37,912 bases of DNA from Catajapyx aquilonaris (lineage: Eukaryota). The DNA lies in NCBI GenBank assembly GCA_000934665.2, contig JYFJ02003761.1, forward strand, positions 1 through 37,912. Direction: 5' to 3'. This document shows positions 13,901 through 28,300 of this stretch, in pieces. The position numbers were made by a program, and so were the translations under genes. The notes below the pieces were generated by a model that did no database searches, was not told the DNA's origin, and saw nothing but the letters and a program-made list of their open reading frames with translations. Within the stretch, counting starts at the first letter, position 1. Each line of letters begins with the position of its first letter.

Positions 13901-16900
13901 AATGGTGTAAGTACCGTAGAAGGTTAAATTTTTTTGCACGCCTTTGATATTGTTTCAACTGACTGCACTTAAAAGGCTGTTAGGTTTGAGATAACAACAA
14001 TAGCGTTTTTGTTAAGGTTTTTCGACACAACTCTAACATTTAGCACGAAAAAAACCATTGCCAAAAGCTGTATTCTGAAGCTCCTTTTCACAAATATCCA
14101 AGTATTCTGGGAAATACCGCGCTGAGGAAATATTGACATGATGCGAGCACAAGTGGACATTTCTTGGTATAGAAATTCGATTTAATAGGAACTGGAGCTG
14201 AAGTTTAGGGTCGTGAGAACAACTTTGAAAGTAGCAATATGGCCTCCATCAAATAACCCACTTTGGCTCGCACTGTACCAGGGTCAAATAGATCTCCAAA
14301 TATTGACATCGTTCACTGGAAAGACGCTTCCCCAAGAAGCCAAAGGGACTTTTTAGGGGTAAAGCGACTCCAGAAGGCTTCTCTCTAATTGCTTTGGATC
14401 CTGGGACAGAGGAAAAGAGATTGTGCCGTCGCTTCGTTGCATTAGAACCCATTATGAAAGCTCTTGTTTGTTCTCAAAGGCCTTCCCCCACTCGGATCCT
14501 TATGACAGACTTGATGACCGTACCAAATCGTTTTCTCATGGGTGAACTTTTGACCATATATATTTTTTGGCCGACGTGTAGGAATGGATAGAATAGAGCG
14601 AGGTGCACATGCACACTCATATTCTCGCTTCTTCCAACTCGGCGGATCAAAAAGTTTTGGGCGAGGAGCCAAAGAGGCTTGCTGGAGTCTTATTGGATCG
14701 CTGTGCTGGGGAAATCCCTTTTCCCACCGCGTTCGGGTTTTGTTCTGGCTCGGCCACGCTTCAAGCTCGCTATGAACGATGCCAATCCTTCAGAAATGTC
14801 TCTTCCGCCATGCAGAATTTGCCTGTATTTACACTGCTTTAATAGTCTGCCTCTCTTAACCTGAATTACTTCCACCTACCTAATTTTTAAACCAGTAATT
14901 TTTGTTTCGCAACTTCATAGGCTGACACTGTTCGCCATCGTTTGTGCCGGAGGGAGTATATCGGTAATACCAGGACGTGTGGCAAGTTAACGTTAATATC
15001 ATTACTATCCTAACTCAGCCTGACATGTATGGCTGAACTTGCATCTGTTTTTGATATAATTTTATTATTATCAGTGTTATTAATATGAACGGGCTAGCTG
15101 AAAGGCAAATGAAAATAAGGGCAATAAATAAGAAAGAGAATATTTTGCTATCACAGTATCAGACAATCTAATAATGATTTTTTTTGATTGGATCGTTTAT
15201 CATGAGTTATATATTCCCATGGCACCATGTAGTGCAGTCACACTGATCTGGAATATACCGCCGGTGTTTAATTTCGCTGCGCGGTTCGCACATTTGACAG
15301 ATTACCTCTGGAATGGCGTGGTGCGATCATTCCGATATAACTTTAATTCGTTTGGATAAAACCATCAGGGCCAGTAAATGAAACCCGGGGAGAGCAGCCC
15401 ACTCAGCCCAGTATCGCTTTTACCGTTTCAATACCGACCGGCTGCAGTTGTTAGGATTTGATAGTCAGCACTATATCGGAAGCCATATTGGGAGTGAATT
15501 TTGTGATTCAACCGTAATAGTCTTACAGTACATTTATATCGGTGCAGAGAGGGTGACCTGTCAGCAATTGGGTCGGAACCAAAGTCATGGACATACCTTA
15601 ATATTGGAGGGCCTGGATGTAGAAGTAAGAACATGAGTGAGTTTTGTAACAGTGATGAACCAAAGTCATACATTGGCAGAATGATGTACAAATCCATATA
15701 CAAAAAAAAACATATTTGTTATTATTGATAGCCTCTAAAATAAGTGGCTTAGTACGAAATAATCATTTACTTGATTTAGAAGACAGCGCAACAACAATTT
15801 GAAAAGTTATATGCCAATAGGTAGGGATATGCTGATTAGCAAGTAGGGCCTATCTTGCAGAGAGGTCAAGGCAATGTGGATGGATAAACGATGGTTCGAA
15901 GCATTTAGAGCGATCGTTTGGCTTATCTACGAGGCAACGAAGGAAAGCGACTTGTGACAGCATTTCGAGCAAGGACATTCGAGGCAGCTAGGACAATCTT
16001 GTATAGGACGAAAAGGACAAAAACAAGATCGTGCACCATTTTTCTCCCTGGACGTGACAGACGCCGACTTTTACTTGTTATTCGTGCGAAGAAACGCGCT
16101 CCGGATTAAAATAAAACCCCCGTGCCTTGTCTGTGCGATTGTGGCTGCTTCTGCAGCTGATGCAAGGAAAGGAGAAAGAAAAAAAGAAACAACGGAAACG
16201 ACGGATTTTCCCGGATGACTTTTGCGTGTATGGTATCCATTTCTCAGGTGGACTCTGTACATTTAGAGGGCTTTAGCGTGAGGCGCTCGCACTTTCCACC
16301 ACCTCGAATGGGCTAAAAATTCCATGTAAGAACATTTATAGGTGCCGATTTGGATTTGAAATAGGGTTATTGTTCGTTTCGGACACCTTGCTGATCACAC
16401 GAGGACGTTTGCGGCACAAGGTCAGTGCATAAATAGATGTGGCTAGTGCAAGCGCAGTTTTCTGGGAACTATTTAATGCTGGACGTGAGTTGTGCATTGT
16501 ACGTGATCGTTGTTGCACCAGCTCACGCCTGGTGGCATGCCGATGTCTAATCTTATACGGTGGATAACTGGCCACTGAAAATATCTCACTTAGAGTGCAG
16601 CGGGCTTTTAATTTGTTGCATATAAATTACGTATCACAAATTATGTTTATAAGCCGGGAATTTGGTCTGGTGATAACATCTGCACAGTTTTAAGATTCCC
16701 TCTGCGGCAATATTTCACCGCCTCCGCACTCGACTGTAGATGTATCGTCGTTGCCACGAACCGTGACGTGAAGTTCAGTGTCAAGTTAGTTAAGACACCC
16801 ACAGGAGACATAAAGTCCAGGAAGTGCTGAAGTGGGAAGGCCTTTGTGATGAAAGAGGCTGCCCTGTGGGCAGTCTTGTAGATGTTGCATAAAGGCATGT

Positions 16901-17689
16901 CTGGGCTCATGAATTTGTAACACTGGGATAATCCTACAGTGCCATTTTCATGCCGCACAGCGTAAGTCAATATTTCTGTAGTGTGATGGCAAAACAACTG
17001 TGGGCTCTGCCTACGAAAACGATGCAGTATAGACAGTACTGAAGGAGAAAAAAAGTGGCGACTACCAGTCGCGCTATAAGTAAAGGAGCGACTTTTGGGA
17101 GAAGCTGAGTTCGAATTTACAATTTGAACGCTCATTTAGTGTGGGAAAAGTGCGGGCAGGAAGTCTTTTGTTGTCGGCATTTCCCCGTCACTACATGCAA
17201 CCGTCAAAAACAAGGTCATGAAAGGGGCTTTGGACTGGTGATGGGTAGGTTTCATCTGCTGTTTGAGTCCTTTGTGACGCTTGCCATGTAACGTTCTCAA
17301 CTTCGCCTAGTTTATTTAGGCTTTATGGCCCTGAAGCTTCAACAGAAGCATACATCAAGACAAGGCAACTCCTTGGACCACTGCGTGTCTATGTGCATTC
17401 TGGGATAAGAAAGACATTCGAGCGCGAGAGCTTTATGAGCTCCTACTTGAATATCAGTTTACAACTTATGACTATTACTTAATAATGCTGAGCTATGACT
17501 CTAGCTAGCAACGTTGCACCTGGAACCTTCATGCCGTTAGCCGATTCCTACATTACAACGTTAAGCCCATGGACTATGCGTGATTTACATAATACAAAAA
17601 CTAGTTGCGAGAGTGTAATTCCAGGTTTTTGCGCGATAATCTCCATCCTAGTATGACTGAATCTGTATAGCTTCTGGCTTAAACCGTAT

Positions 17690-17935
17690 TGACTCATAAA
17701 CTCCCTCTTTTATGCAAAAAAGTAGTAAGTGTACTCTATTTGTGGTGGAGCCAGAGGCCCTCATTTTTGTTAGGCTGTGCCACAAAAATGGCTGAGATGG
17801 TAAAAAAGTCGTGAACATTTTGTTGCAAACTCATAACCATACGCCGAGATCCACGATTCTGATTGGCTACAACCCGCACTGGCCTCGACCTATTTTACCA
17901 TCCTCGATCAGGTGTAAGCATGATTGTATGAGTCA
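17690..17935. mobile_element. Possible decayed foldback or non-autonomous DNA element
   Basis: Nested inverted repeats: TGACTCATA/TATGAGTCA at the ends, GAGATGGTAAAAAAGTCG (17794) vs CGACCTATTTTACCATCCTC (17886-17905), and an internal hairpin CATTTTTGT/ACAAAAATG. No clear TSD. Confidence 0.35.
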
Positions 17936-19885
17936 GAAAAAAATAAGAGGTAGTCTGCTCATTTTAAAAAGTTCACGTGGCCATTGTTAGAGTAATAGAA
18001 TAAGGGAACATGCATTTCTGTGTAGCATATAAGATGAGCATACAGTAACTTAAGTACAGTGTGCCAATCAATAAGAGGACGAGGTTAGAAAGTAAAGCAG
18101 CAGCATTCCAGGGAAAAAGATGGTATCTGGTCAGAGTTGTATTATTTTGTTAATTAATACGTAGATAATTGTTTAGTAATTGTTGAATGTCAAGTACACT
18201 CTGGTCAAGGGGTCATCTTTCTACGGTATATCTTTCCATACAATTATAGTACTATGAAATTTTTATGGGTGCATGAAATTTCTAATAGGTAAATGAAGCT
18301 CCTGCATATTGAATAAAGTTATTTATAATGGCTTGAAATTATTCCCTAAATTTTGCACAATATTCATTGCCCATTTGAAATATTATATTTCTGGAAAATA
18401 TTCTATTATTTCCATGCATTTGGAATTTCCATTGAAGAGTAGCCTATAGCAACAGGATTTTACAAACTATTGAAAATTGTGCTTTGAAGACTGCTCATTC
18501 TCTCCAGGCATGTTAGAAAACATCGAAATATTCCAATTTGTTTATGAAACTTAAAACAGACGCTTCCGCTCCCTAGTACCCCCCCCCCCTCCCTGAAAAA
18601 TAGCAACTTCCTTTCTAAAGACGCCCTGCCTCATCTGAATACATATAGAAACAGGATTTCCTCAAGTAGAATACCTAAGGAGAATCTTGCACCCTTCACG
18701 TTACTAAGGCCCGGGGAAGCAGGAAGAAATCTCATGTTGAATGGAGGAAGAGACTAATGCTTCAAAGATGCCTCTCTGATATCAAACTGAGTAGCTTGCT
18801 TCAGGATCCAAACTTTGTAGGAAACAACCCCCCTCCCTTCCCCTCCTCTACAGCGCTCTGGTAACACAGCCAAAGGCTCGCCTTGTAAGCTGGATGAAGC
18901 AGAAAGAGGCACACATCGTGATGGCGGTGTCGCGAGCGTCATCTTTTGATGGCACGTCGGGTAGAACCACCGCGAGGGAAAGCGGAGAAGAGGCGTGAAA
19001 GCGAGTTATCCCTGCATCCCAGAATCCCCTCGGCTACTCGACTAAGAAGTTGTTGCAAAGAAAGCTCATTTATCATCGTTCCGCAGGGAAAAAGCCTCTC
19101 ATGCTCCCCCGTGACACACTGATTTGATAACAGCGAATTGTCTCTGAAGGCAAAGGCTGAGGAAGGATATACAGGGTAGAGAGGGAAGAAGAGTCGGGGG
19201 GAGGGGGAGAAGGAGAAGAAGAAGAAAAAAAATTGAGAGGTTTTCTTCCTTAGGGAGCGGTGAATTAGTTTGTCGTCCAGATGGTGTGATGATATCCTTT
19301 TTCTTGTAATTAAGACCCCGCTTTGTTGAGCGGACGGACAGAGATTTATCGGAGTTTCTCAGAAACCAATTGGAGAGTTGGCCGATATATATATTTTGGT
19401 CGCAGGACCTTGCAAATGCTCTATCATTTGGGAGAGGCCCGATGTAATTGGGTCCTTGCGGTAGGCCCACCAATGATTTCAAACCCGACCACCAAATGTC
19501 ACCCCTTGTGCAATTTGGCTGGGGAATCAATGCTCTCTGACCGAGATTTGCCTCGTTTCAAAATGACATCTTCAAACAGTGCCATTTTGGGTCACGAGGG
19601 GTCGTTTCACCGGGTTACTATGTTAGTATGGCAGATTCATGGGGGAGTATATTGGGAATCACTCACCTGTCAATTTCGGGCTATATCACGTCGCATTAAA
19701 TGTTGTTCAAGGTATTACGGTGCAGGTATCATCACAGCACGTGTGGAACTAAGCACTTTTTCCCCAGTGGGAACGGCCAACCGCCTATTTTTTGGTAAAA
19801 TAATTTTCGGAACTTTTTGTGCTGCGGGGTTGTGGGACTTGGGGAACGGTGTTACTTTACTGAGACAGTTACCCCTTTTTTTCAG

Positions 19886-19990
19886 ATAGCGTTAGGGATG
19901 AGGCGAGGTCGGGGGACAACTGGTTGCGGTGAGCCTGGTGACGCACTGTGGTGTGGACCAACTGGATCAGGAAGATTTATTACCTGCAAG
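19886..19990 (+). other. Candidate isolated internal exon (105 nt)
   Basis: Strong acceptor (ttaccccttttttTCAG|AT) and consensus donor (AAG|GTAAGT). Length is divisible by 3 and only phase 0 is open (IALGMRRGRGTTGCGEPGDALWCGPTGSGRFITCK). Confidence 0.45.
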
Positions 19991-22900
19991 GTAAGTCGTC
20001 ACCTACTTTTTCCCAGATAAAATGGACAGTGTTAGCAATACGAATGGTGACAGCGAATTAGAAGGAGGCGGAGAGACACAATGTGTCATGTAATGCTAAT
20101 TGTAGGAGTAGCTGACTTTTAATTGAGTCGCAAGAGTTCACTCACGAGGCAAATTTATGCTAGGCATGTCCGCTTCTTTCCCGCCACCCCTATACCGGTA
20201 ATTGAAAACACGCAAGAAAGTCTTTACAATCAGGTTTTACACTTTTAAATTAGGTGCATGCTACTAAGGTGATAACTTTTTTGGCTCGAAACCTGGCATT
20301 TGTGCAAGGTTATACACTTGCGCTGTACAGCCTGACTTGGGATTATTTTGACCCAGTTAAGCCTTTATGAAGTGTTCAGTCATGAAACTGACAGTGACAA
20401 ATGAGGTTTGTAAATCGTAGTCGCGAACAAAAAAAGAAAGAGTTAACAGCATCTTATTTCTCTGCAACGTGTGATAGGCAGATGACAAAAAATCAGGCTG
20501 CTGATGACAGTTTTTGTATTAATAGCGCTTAGCCTTACGTTGCATTGCGGCAGGACCCCGCCATGCACCAGCAAAAAAATAACACATTTAATTACACTAT
20601 GAAATAAAAGGATAATGGCGGCCTGCACTAAAGTTCTCCTCTGATAATTCAATCAATAAGACCGATATAATAATGAAGCTGCCTACCCCCATTGTTTTAA
20701 TACCAGCTTTCAGTAACACGAGCTGAAAACACGTTCCTCTATTCTAACTAAGCCTTGTGCATTCTCGGTCATAGAGATTCCGGGCATGTCCTCATGGCGA
20801 CGAGCACCATGCCAGCCATTCTATTCCCTAATTAGCAAATGAAAACATGGAGGTCGGCGGCTGAAAAGCGGATCCCAGCGCCCTCCTGGATCTTTCACAA
20901 TCCGGGCTGGCTGGCAGAGGTCACTTTAGTCATGAAACCACCGACATTCCCCCCGCCATCTTGTTGAGTGAGGTTGGCGCGTGACATGAAACGCTCTTCA
21001 TCGAGAAATATGAAACGCCAAACCGAGGTTGGAAATAGCGCCTGTTTCACTACAGAGGTTTATCTCAATTACGGTGGCAGCTCATGTAAAAGGGCATTAG
21101 GCAACGTTTTCTTGGCAAGAAGGAAAGCGAAGGGGTGGGATGGGAGGGTGGAAAAGGAGGAGGAGGGAATGGGAGGTAGCAGCAAGCGAATCATGTTTGC
21201 TTGCCTTAGTTTCCCGGGGTGGTAGTTGCGAAGACAGGCGTGTCCTGGAGGGGGAGGAAGGATTAGGCAAAGCTGTTAAAGAGCTTGTGTCCTGAAAGGA
21301 GGATTAGCGGAGCCATTAAGGATTTTGTATGCTGGAGAAAGATGCCGGTGCAGTTAAGCCTTCCCATAAGCCAATGCGATGCTAAAATGGAAGCTGTAAA
21401 GGTGAATCATCTGATGCCAGCGAGGGAAAGCGTGTCAGATGGCGACTTGCAATAGTGGACATAGACGCTAGTTTGTAAGTGATAACTTTTTACAGTTTCC
21501 ATAATGCACAGAATAACTCTCCCCATCAAAGTATACTTTTGGAAGATAGCCTACTACAGTAGTTTCTCATGTTTCAGGTAATCACACACGTTCAACATTA
21601 ATTTTTGGCTCTTAGTTATCTTAGAAATTTCTTTTGCGTATTACTTAATCAATAATATATTGAAGAATTCGCTTGATCTTTAAGACTACCATAATAAAAT
21701 AGCAGTAATAACACCAATAAGGTTCAGTGTCGATGCAACCCTGTCTACTTCTGTCAACATTCAAAAGCTAATTTAATAAAATAGTAAAGACACAGTCTAC
21801 AAAAAAGATATGTCAACATTTATGTCATTGTCTTACCAGTTCAGTTTGCATACTCGGCGTCTGTTGATATCAGACTTTCAAAATCATCCAATCACACTCA
21901 CCAATGAACAGGCATATAGAAGGGGTGGGGTTAGCAGTTGCCAGCAATGGTTAGATAGTGGCTACGAAGATATGTGATCACTATTTCAACAGGGTAGAGA
22001 TACACAGCTACTTAATATTGTGCATCAGAGCAATTTCAAACGAGGTGCTTCTTTGCTGAGGATTTATGTACATGCGGCTTAACATTTCTGTCCCATCAAT
22101 TCATTAGATCGTAAATGCGGGAAACGAAAGTGGTATTTTGCGAACGCTGTACAACGCAGGTCTGGAATAATCTCTGGGCGAAAGTCTGCAGATAGGACAC
22201 AACTAAGCACGATTTCCTCGCCTTGACGGAACTACCTCTTTCGGTGTACCATTTACGAAAACAAACTGCCCTAGCCTACTGGGCTCCTCTGGAGAGCTGC
22301 ACACTTTCGGGGGTCAGCTTTAAGCTCATCGATAAATTTCTCTGGGCCTGCCTCTCTGCCTTCTCCAATACCCTCTACCGTCTCCAAAAAAAAGGGAGAG
22401 AGAAAAACTATTTTCTTCGTCTCCTTCTGCCCTCATTTTTGGTCAGTAAGTGAACACGAAGTAAGCGTTTACTGCCATGTTAGGATGCATTTAAACTCAA
22501 GATTTTGTAGCAAGAACTGGTATAGTAAAAAATGACAAGTCACTCTTGGTTGTGAAGGCGCGTTACACGATTATTCATAGTGTTTCCACAAACTTAATCA
22601 ACTGTCACCTTAGCAAATTTACATGTATCAGTTGTCGAATTATACTATCTCTCCTTTGCACTCCCGTCAGATTAATATGCAAAGTAGTGTGCCACCAGAT
22701 ATATTTGCAATAGCGCGCTATCGTAGGAAAGCGTTTCGATAGCTCAAGTCCTCCGTGGAGAAACTGGTGATAAATGGGCTTTAATTACGCGGTGCAAAAG
22801 CATGAGCCGTCACAGAATGAGATATCTTTATGAGCTCTCCGTACACTAACATTAATAATATAGGGCAATATTATAGATAAATGCGGGCATAAATCATCGT

Positions 22901-25268
22901 GCGACAAGACAGGAAATTCGACAGGAACGAGGATAACTATTGTTTATCAGTGGTGTGCACCACAATGGCGGCTGATTCACAGCGGGGCGGACGTGTTGGG
23001 ATATCCCCAAATCATGCCCTGAATTTCCGACTCATTTTTCCCTCCCCCATTTCACGACACATGCATAATTTTTCACTGGAGAGGCAATTCATCCCAGGTA
23101 ATGTTCAAGGTCTCGGCCTAAAGCACATATTACTGCATAACTTGGCACATGACATACTCTTTGAAGCACTCGCGAACATTCATTCGGACATGCTATGTTG
23201 TAAGAAATGAATTATGAGGTTTTTTTTACATGCTACCGCATTAATTTTCACCTAGAAGGTACGACATTCTAAAAATATTTGCAATACCAGTAATTTTTGC
23301 AGATTTTTCACACACCCTTGCAAAAAATTGTGAAGTGCAGGACACCTTGCAGCAAAATATCACCAAAAGACACACCTTTTCAATTTTGCATTATTATCAT
23401 CGCAGATATAGGGCCTTGTAAGACTTGAAACCTTTTCAGAAGCTTTTACATGTTTTTTTAAACAAAAGAAACATTTTTCGCCATTGCGTTTTGCAAGAGC
23501 AATTTAGTTCCCCCGTGCAGAATACTCTCCTGCATATTCAATCATATAAGTAAGTGGTACATTGAACATTCCCCCTCCCCTCTGAGCAAATGCTTTGATT
23601 CAGTGCACTTGACCAAACTGCATATTCCACAGAGAGGTTTCCCATCTGAGGAAATTCAACCATAATTTCCGTATCGAAACTTCCCCGCAGGCTAACATCT
23701 TATTTCGAGTATTCCAAAATGCTCTAGACGCTTTAAATATTCGACATTTTGACATGGTGAGGTGACATTATTTATGTCGTTGCATTTATTATACCCTAAA
23801 TAAATAAATAACTGCGTTTTTGGTATATAGAAAACAAAATATCAAAGGGCTGGTCGATATTGAAAGTGTTGTTTAGTTCAAGTCTGGATTATGGGCATAT
23901 TTAGATGTTAAACTTCTTAGTGCCCGGCATACACATAATTAAGATTAGGCGTACTTAGGCAGGATGGCATGTGATTACTTTGAGATTGAATATGTTCGGT
24001 ATAAGATTACTGCCGATCAATATCCAAGCCAGAATTCCTATCCGAGGCGGGGGTGTGGGAAATAGTTTTCGATCACTGCCATCCCTTTCCAGCCACGCAG
24101 AGCCGTATCCAGAATTTTATTTCACGAAGTGGTTTAAAGCATCTAGGGTCGTTATTTTCAGTTGGCTGATCGGTCAGTTTCTTCCGTCCTAATGTAGTAT
24201 GGCTATGACTGTAATCACAGTTAATGAAATATGGCTTGCTACATAATAAGAGCCTATTTACTGTACGGCTGATACCTATAATATCATGGGCTTTTCCCTG
24301 TAAACTAACACTTGCGTAGTACTGTATGACATTAGGATAATCATGTAGCGTACTTACATGCACTGTACAGTACAGTGCATACTTTTGCTACATTCACATA
24401 AGAAGGACCTTGCAGTGTCTCCACTACATTTTGGCAATTCGTGCATCTAACTGTAAGCTTACTTTGCAGAACCAGTTTATGTGAGTGCCTTTCTCTATAT
24501 TTTTCCAGGAGTAGCTTACGTCTGTCAAACTATGCCGCGTCACTTCTTACATTAGTGTATGAGTATACTTTCAGTAGCTTTGAACATTAGCTACCGGTAC
24601 GTGCCTATACTGTATAATAGTGATTGTTTGGACGTGGCTTGCATATAAATTTTAGTGCAGCTTTTAGGCTGACATGTAGGCCTATACCTGTCTGTTTCAA
24701 AAGTGAAATATTTATTTCATGTCAATTTTGAAATTGCAAAAAATGCGAGTAAGAAAGGCGCATTTTGGCAATTTTTAAATTTAATGTGGCCACAATTATT
24801 CTGAAATGGTGAAGAACAGCTTTATCAAATTTAATTACACCTGGAACGACAGCATATTTTTGTGAAATAATCCCTGAAGCATTCAAGATTGAGTTTACGA
24901 TTAGAAAATACACCCTGAACTCAGACATACAAAAGCAGCCTACATGCTAAACCAATCTTTCTACACATCCTTTGGAGTTGTGGCCTTGAAACTTTTTGCT
25001 TCATCTCACCCATTTCAGATATGGAATATTCTACGACAAATCAACAAAAATCAATTAAAATCATAATTTATAACAATTTATATGAAATTTACTACGGGCA
25101 CCGATTCTCCGCGGGTAATAAATAGTGAAATTGTGTTTTTAGTTACAACTCATATCTTCACGTTTATTAATAACAAAACCATTATTCCTTTAATTACAGT
25201 ATTATTACCTGAATTGAGGTGGAATTTCCCTGAGGATATTAATGAAATATGACAGTAGAATGACTAGA

Positions 25269-25384
25269 ATCCAAATATTTACTCTTTTTAAATCAAATTT
25301 GACATAAACGGCCTCAATGAAATTTTAACATTTTATTGAGGCCGTTTATGTCAATTTGGATTTAAAAATAGTAAATATTTGGAT
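25269..25384. repeat. 116-bp near-perfect loopless palindrome centred on TT|AA
   Basis: Arms 25269-25326 and 25327-25384 (58 bp each) are reverse complements with 5 mismatches. The core TTGACATAAACGGCCTCAAT / ATTGAGGCCGTTTATGTCAA is exact. Confidence 0.93.
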
Positions 25385-28300
25385 ATTTTACTTTGTCCCT
25401 TATATAAAATAGGGCAGGGGCTCTATTGATGCAATTCTATGGGACAACCAAAATTCATGTGACTAAAACTATAGGATTATGCATTTTGACTGGTCTGTCA
25501 TGGAATTGCCCGTATGTAACCAATAGCAAGGCGAAAAGCGAGAATGTGACTGACTGGGAAAATGACCCTGGGTATCCGTAGAGTTCCCCCTGGAGAGTTT
25601 GTGCACGTATATGAAGTGCTTGCATTGGCATTATTTCCTTTGTGTATTTTTGTGCAATTATAAGTTGGTTCACAAAGACTACTGTCCTCAATCGCATTTG
25701 TTTTGTAACGTATTAACCCTAGTTTATATAGGTTACTGCGTAAATTATGAATGCATATCTTAAAACAATACAGCAGATTGCTACACGATTCTGAAGTCAT
25801 ACCATATTTAGACATCCTAGAGAACTCGACAGAAACTGCTGATAATAATATTCAGCCTCATAAATTTTGCATGTATGGAGTGCATTGCTGTTCCTAACCG
25901 AAATTGGAGTGTGATAGTTATGCACGGAAACGTATAGCGTACCTTTCAATTATACATGTGTTTTAAATGCATAGCTCTGCTGTAGCTTAATATTTCAATA
26001 CGCTTGTAGAGGTGCACGCATGATGGAACTTGAAATAATTTGGAGGGATAGTTATGTTCCGGAGAATAACTGTACTGCAAAGTCGTTTGGTAACAGCAAC
26101 TTGAACTTTCGCAATTATCGAGTAGACCCCCCCTGAAAGTGAATGCGCCGGATTACCTGGAGTTCGCCTCATCGTTTGAAAATTGAATATCTGAGCTCGA
26201 ATTGAAGGCAAAGGGTATGGTAGGTCGAGGTAGAAGTGGAGTAATTATCACACATCACTTACGACAAGAAGCTGGTTTCAGCTGCCGCTTTGACGCCGAA
26301 GATTAATCAAGAGAGCTGGGCTTCATTATGTAGGGGAAGTTTGGTTGCAATTAGTGACTTGCTGCAAGTGCCGGCCTGGGGAAAGGGCTGGCGGGGAAGG
26401 AAAGGAAAGGCAAGGACCTCGATCGCAGCCCGTGCTGTACCCGCTGATTTACAGTCAGGAGGGAGAAAAGAAAGGGTTGGAAGTCTCTAGTGGACACTAG
26501 GATGGGCAAATTCTCCTTCCCTAATGCGCTAAGCGAACAGGGCCACACGAAAATATTCTGATAGATGCAGGCACTGGGCTGCCAAGACCCCGTCCTGGAT
26601 GGAGGCCAAAGCTCGTAATTCTCCTCAACCAGAAGCCACCCCCTGGCCCCTTCACCTCCCCCGTCCCCTGCAAGAAGTCAGCGCCTTTTCAAACTCAGGA
26701 GAGAAGCAGCTAGCTCGGGTCCTGCTCATTCCAGAGGTCACGCTCTACCTCCTCTACCGAATCTACCTCTGCAGGATTTGCATAGCAGCATTTATACACG
26801 TAACAGCAGGGTCCACGAAATAATTTTAATGCAATCAAATCGAGCGCACTGCATGCTGAAATGCGCCAATAATAATATTCCAGGCCAGAATTATTCGTTT
26901 ATTCTAATTCGGCGATTAATCACAAAAGCTGCGAAACTGCAGAACAAAACTCGTCAGTTGCATAGGTTTTCTTCTAAAGTCCAGCCCACCATGTGTGTGT
27001 TAATTACTGTATTCAGCAGAGCGTTACTGTACAACCGCAACTTCTGCGGGGATTATAGATAATGCATGCTTTGTTACGGCGACGTCTCATTTGTTCAGCA
27101 TTGCAGGGGCAGTGTTCCTGGCGTAATTACTTTGCACTCTCCTCCGCAGGCTCTGAACTGACCAACTTGGATCTTGTGAAAATTGCTGGATCCCGTGCAT
27201 GTAAACTTTACAGGGGACCGAAGCCTGAAGATTACATCAGAGTACATTATTCCAGCTCAGTTCGCATGATTACAGACCTGGAGACAGACGTGTGCAAATT
27301 CGTCCCTGACGTATCATTAGTACTTAGAGGGCGACGAATGTCTCGGGGAGATCTGTGTATTCTAGCCGCAAGCCTGCGGGATATTTATTGGGGGAAATGG
27401 ATCGTGCAATCTCTGTTTCTTTTTTTTCTTTTTGGCCTATTGCGAATTGAGAAGGGAGAGGTTCCAAGTGCGGATAGAATGTGGCCGCAAGCCTCCTCCC
27501 ATCCACCCCCGTTCCTCCCCTGCCTCCCTCACTCCCTTCCACCCCCCACCCCTTAAGCTGGGCCTCATCCGTCTTCCATAATGAGATTGGAGGAGACACG
27601 TCCTCAAGTTGCCAGCGCCCGGAGCCGCATGAGTTCTCCCAGAAATGAAAGCTTCTCCCGACCCCGAATATGTAACTGCCTCTGATTTTGGGCACTACTG
27701 GCCGAGGTCATACTGAGGAAGTGACCTTGCTAGACCTTTCAACTTTGACCTCCTTTCCAGCTCGTGTTCATCAACTGCTCTACCACTGCTGGCACCAGTA
27801 TTATTCAGGCTGGAAAGTGATCAGGAAACCTAATTTGTGATGTTTGCGCATCTGATGTCGAGACCAAAATTTTGCCTACTGATACGAAAGACAATCTTTA
27901 GTACCCATTATACCCTTCCGGATGTCCATGATGCAGTATTGTATACGTACTGTACCGGCATATCTGGAAGTTGTAACACTTTTTTTTGTATACGGCATAC
28001 GCGTATGTGAAAGTTGAAAGCAATGTAAATGAAGGCTCGTTGGCGTCCACAAACTATACACGTATGATTTCACGTTCGAATATTTTTAGAAACGCTTTTA
28101 GTGTTCTTCAGTTTCGAAACTGTGGTGGTTGCATCTAGGTATAGTCTCATACTTATGTTTATACGCCACTGTTACAGCGCAGTGCAGCAAAATGTACGAA
28201 AAAGTATGCATCTGTTGTGGTGTACATCCAGTGTTCTATTCTGTCACAAGTTACTGTAGCAGAGTGAGCTTGAATTATTTACGGACCGCTAGGATACGTT

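Noticed and set aside
15490..15670. GAACCAAAGTCAT repeated 80 bp apart, with a second loose GAGTGA.TTTTGT repeat
   Set aside because: Only two short copies with no consistent period. Not a CRISPR or tandem array.
18055..18230. TA|CAGTGTGCCAATC mariner-like left end
   Set aside because: No convincing matching right TIR.
19323..19889. 188-aa ORF, and the other 60-165-aa ORFs in the track (e.g. 27062-27556, 16647-17135, 6629-7081, 33540-33998)
   Set aside because: No recognisable domains, random-like composition, and many non-ATG starts. Expected by chance in 38 kb.
24358..24380. 11-bp-arm palindrome ATGCACTGTAC-A-GTACAGTGCAT
   Set aside because: Real but short, and in TACAG-rich low-complexity context, so no function is supportable.
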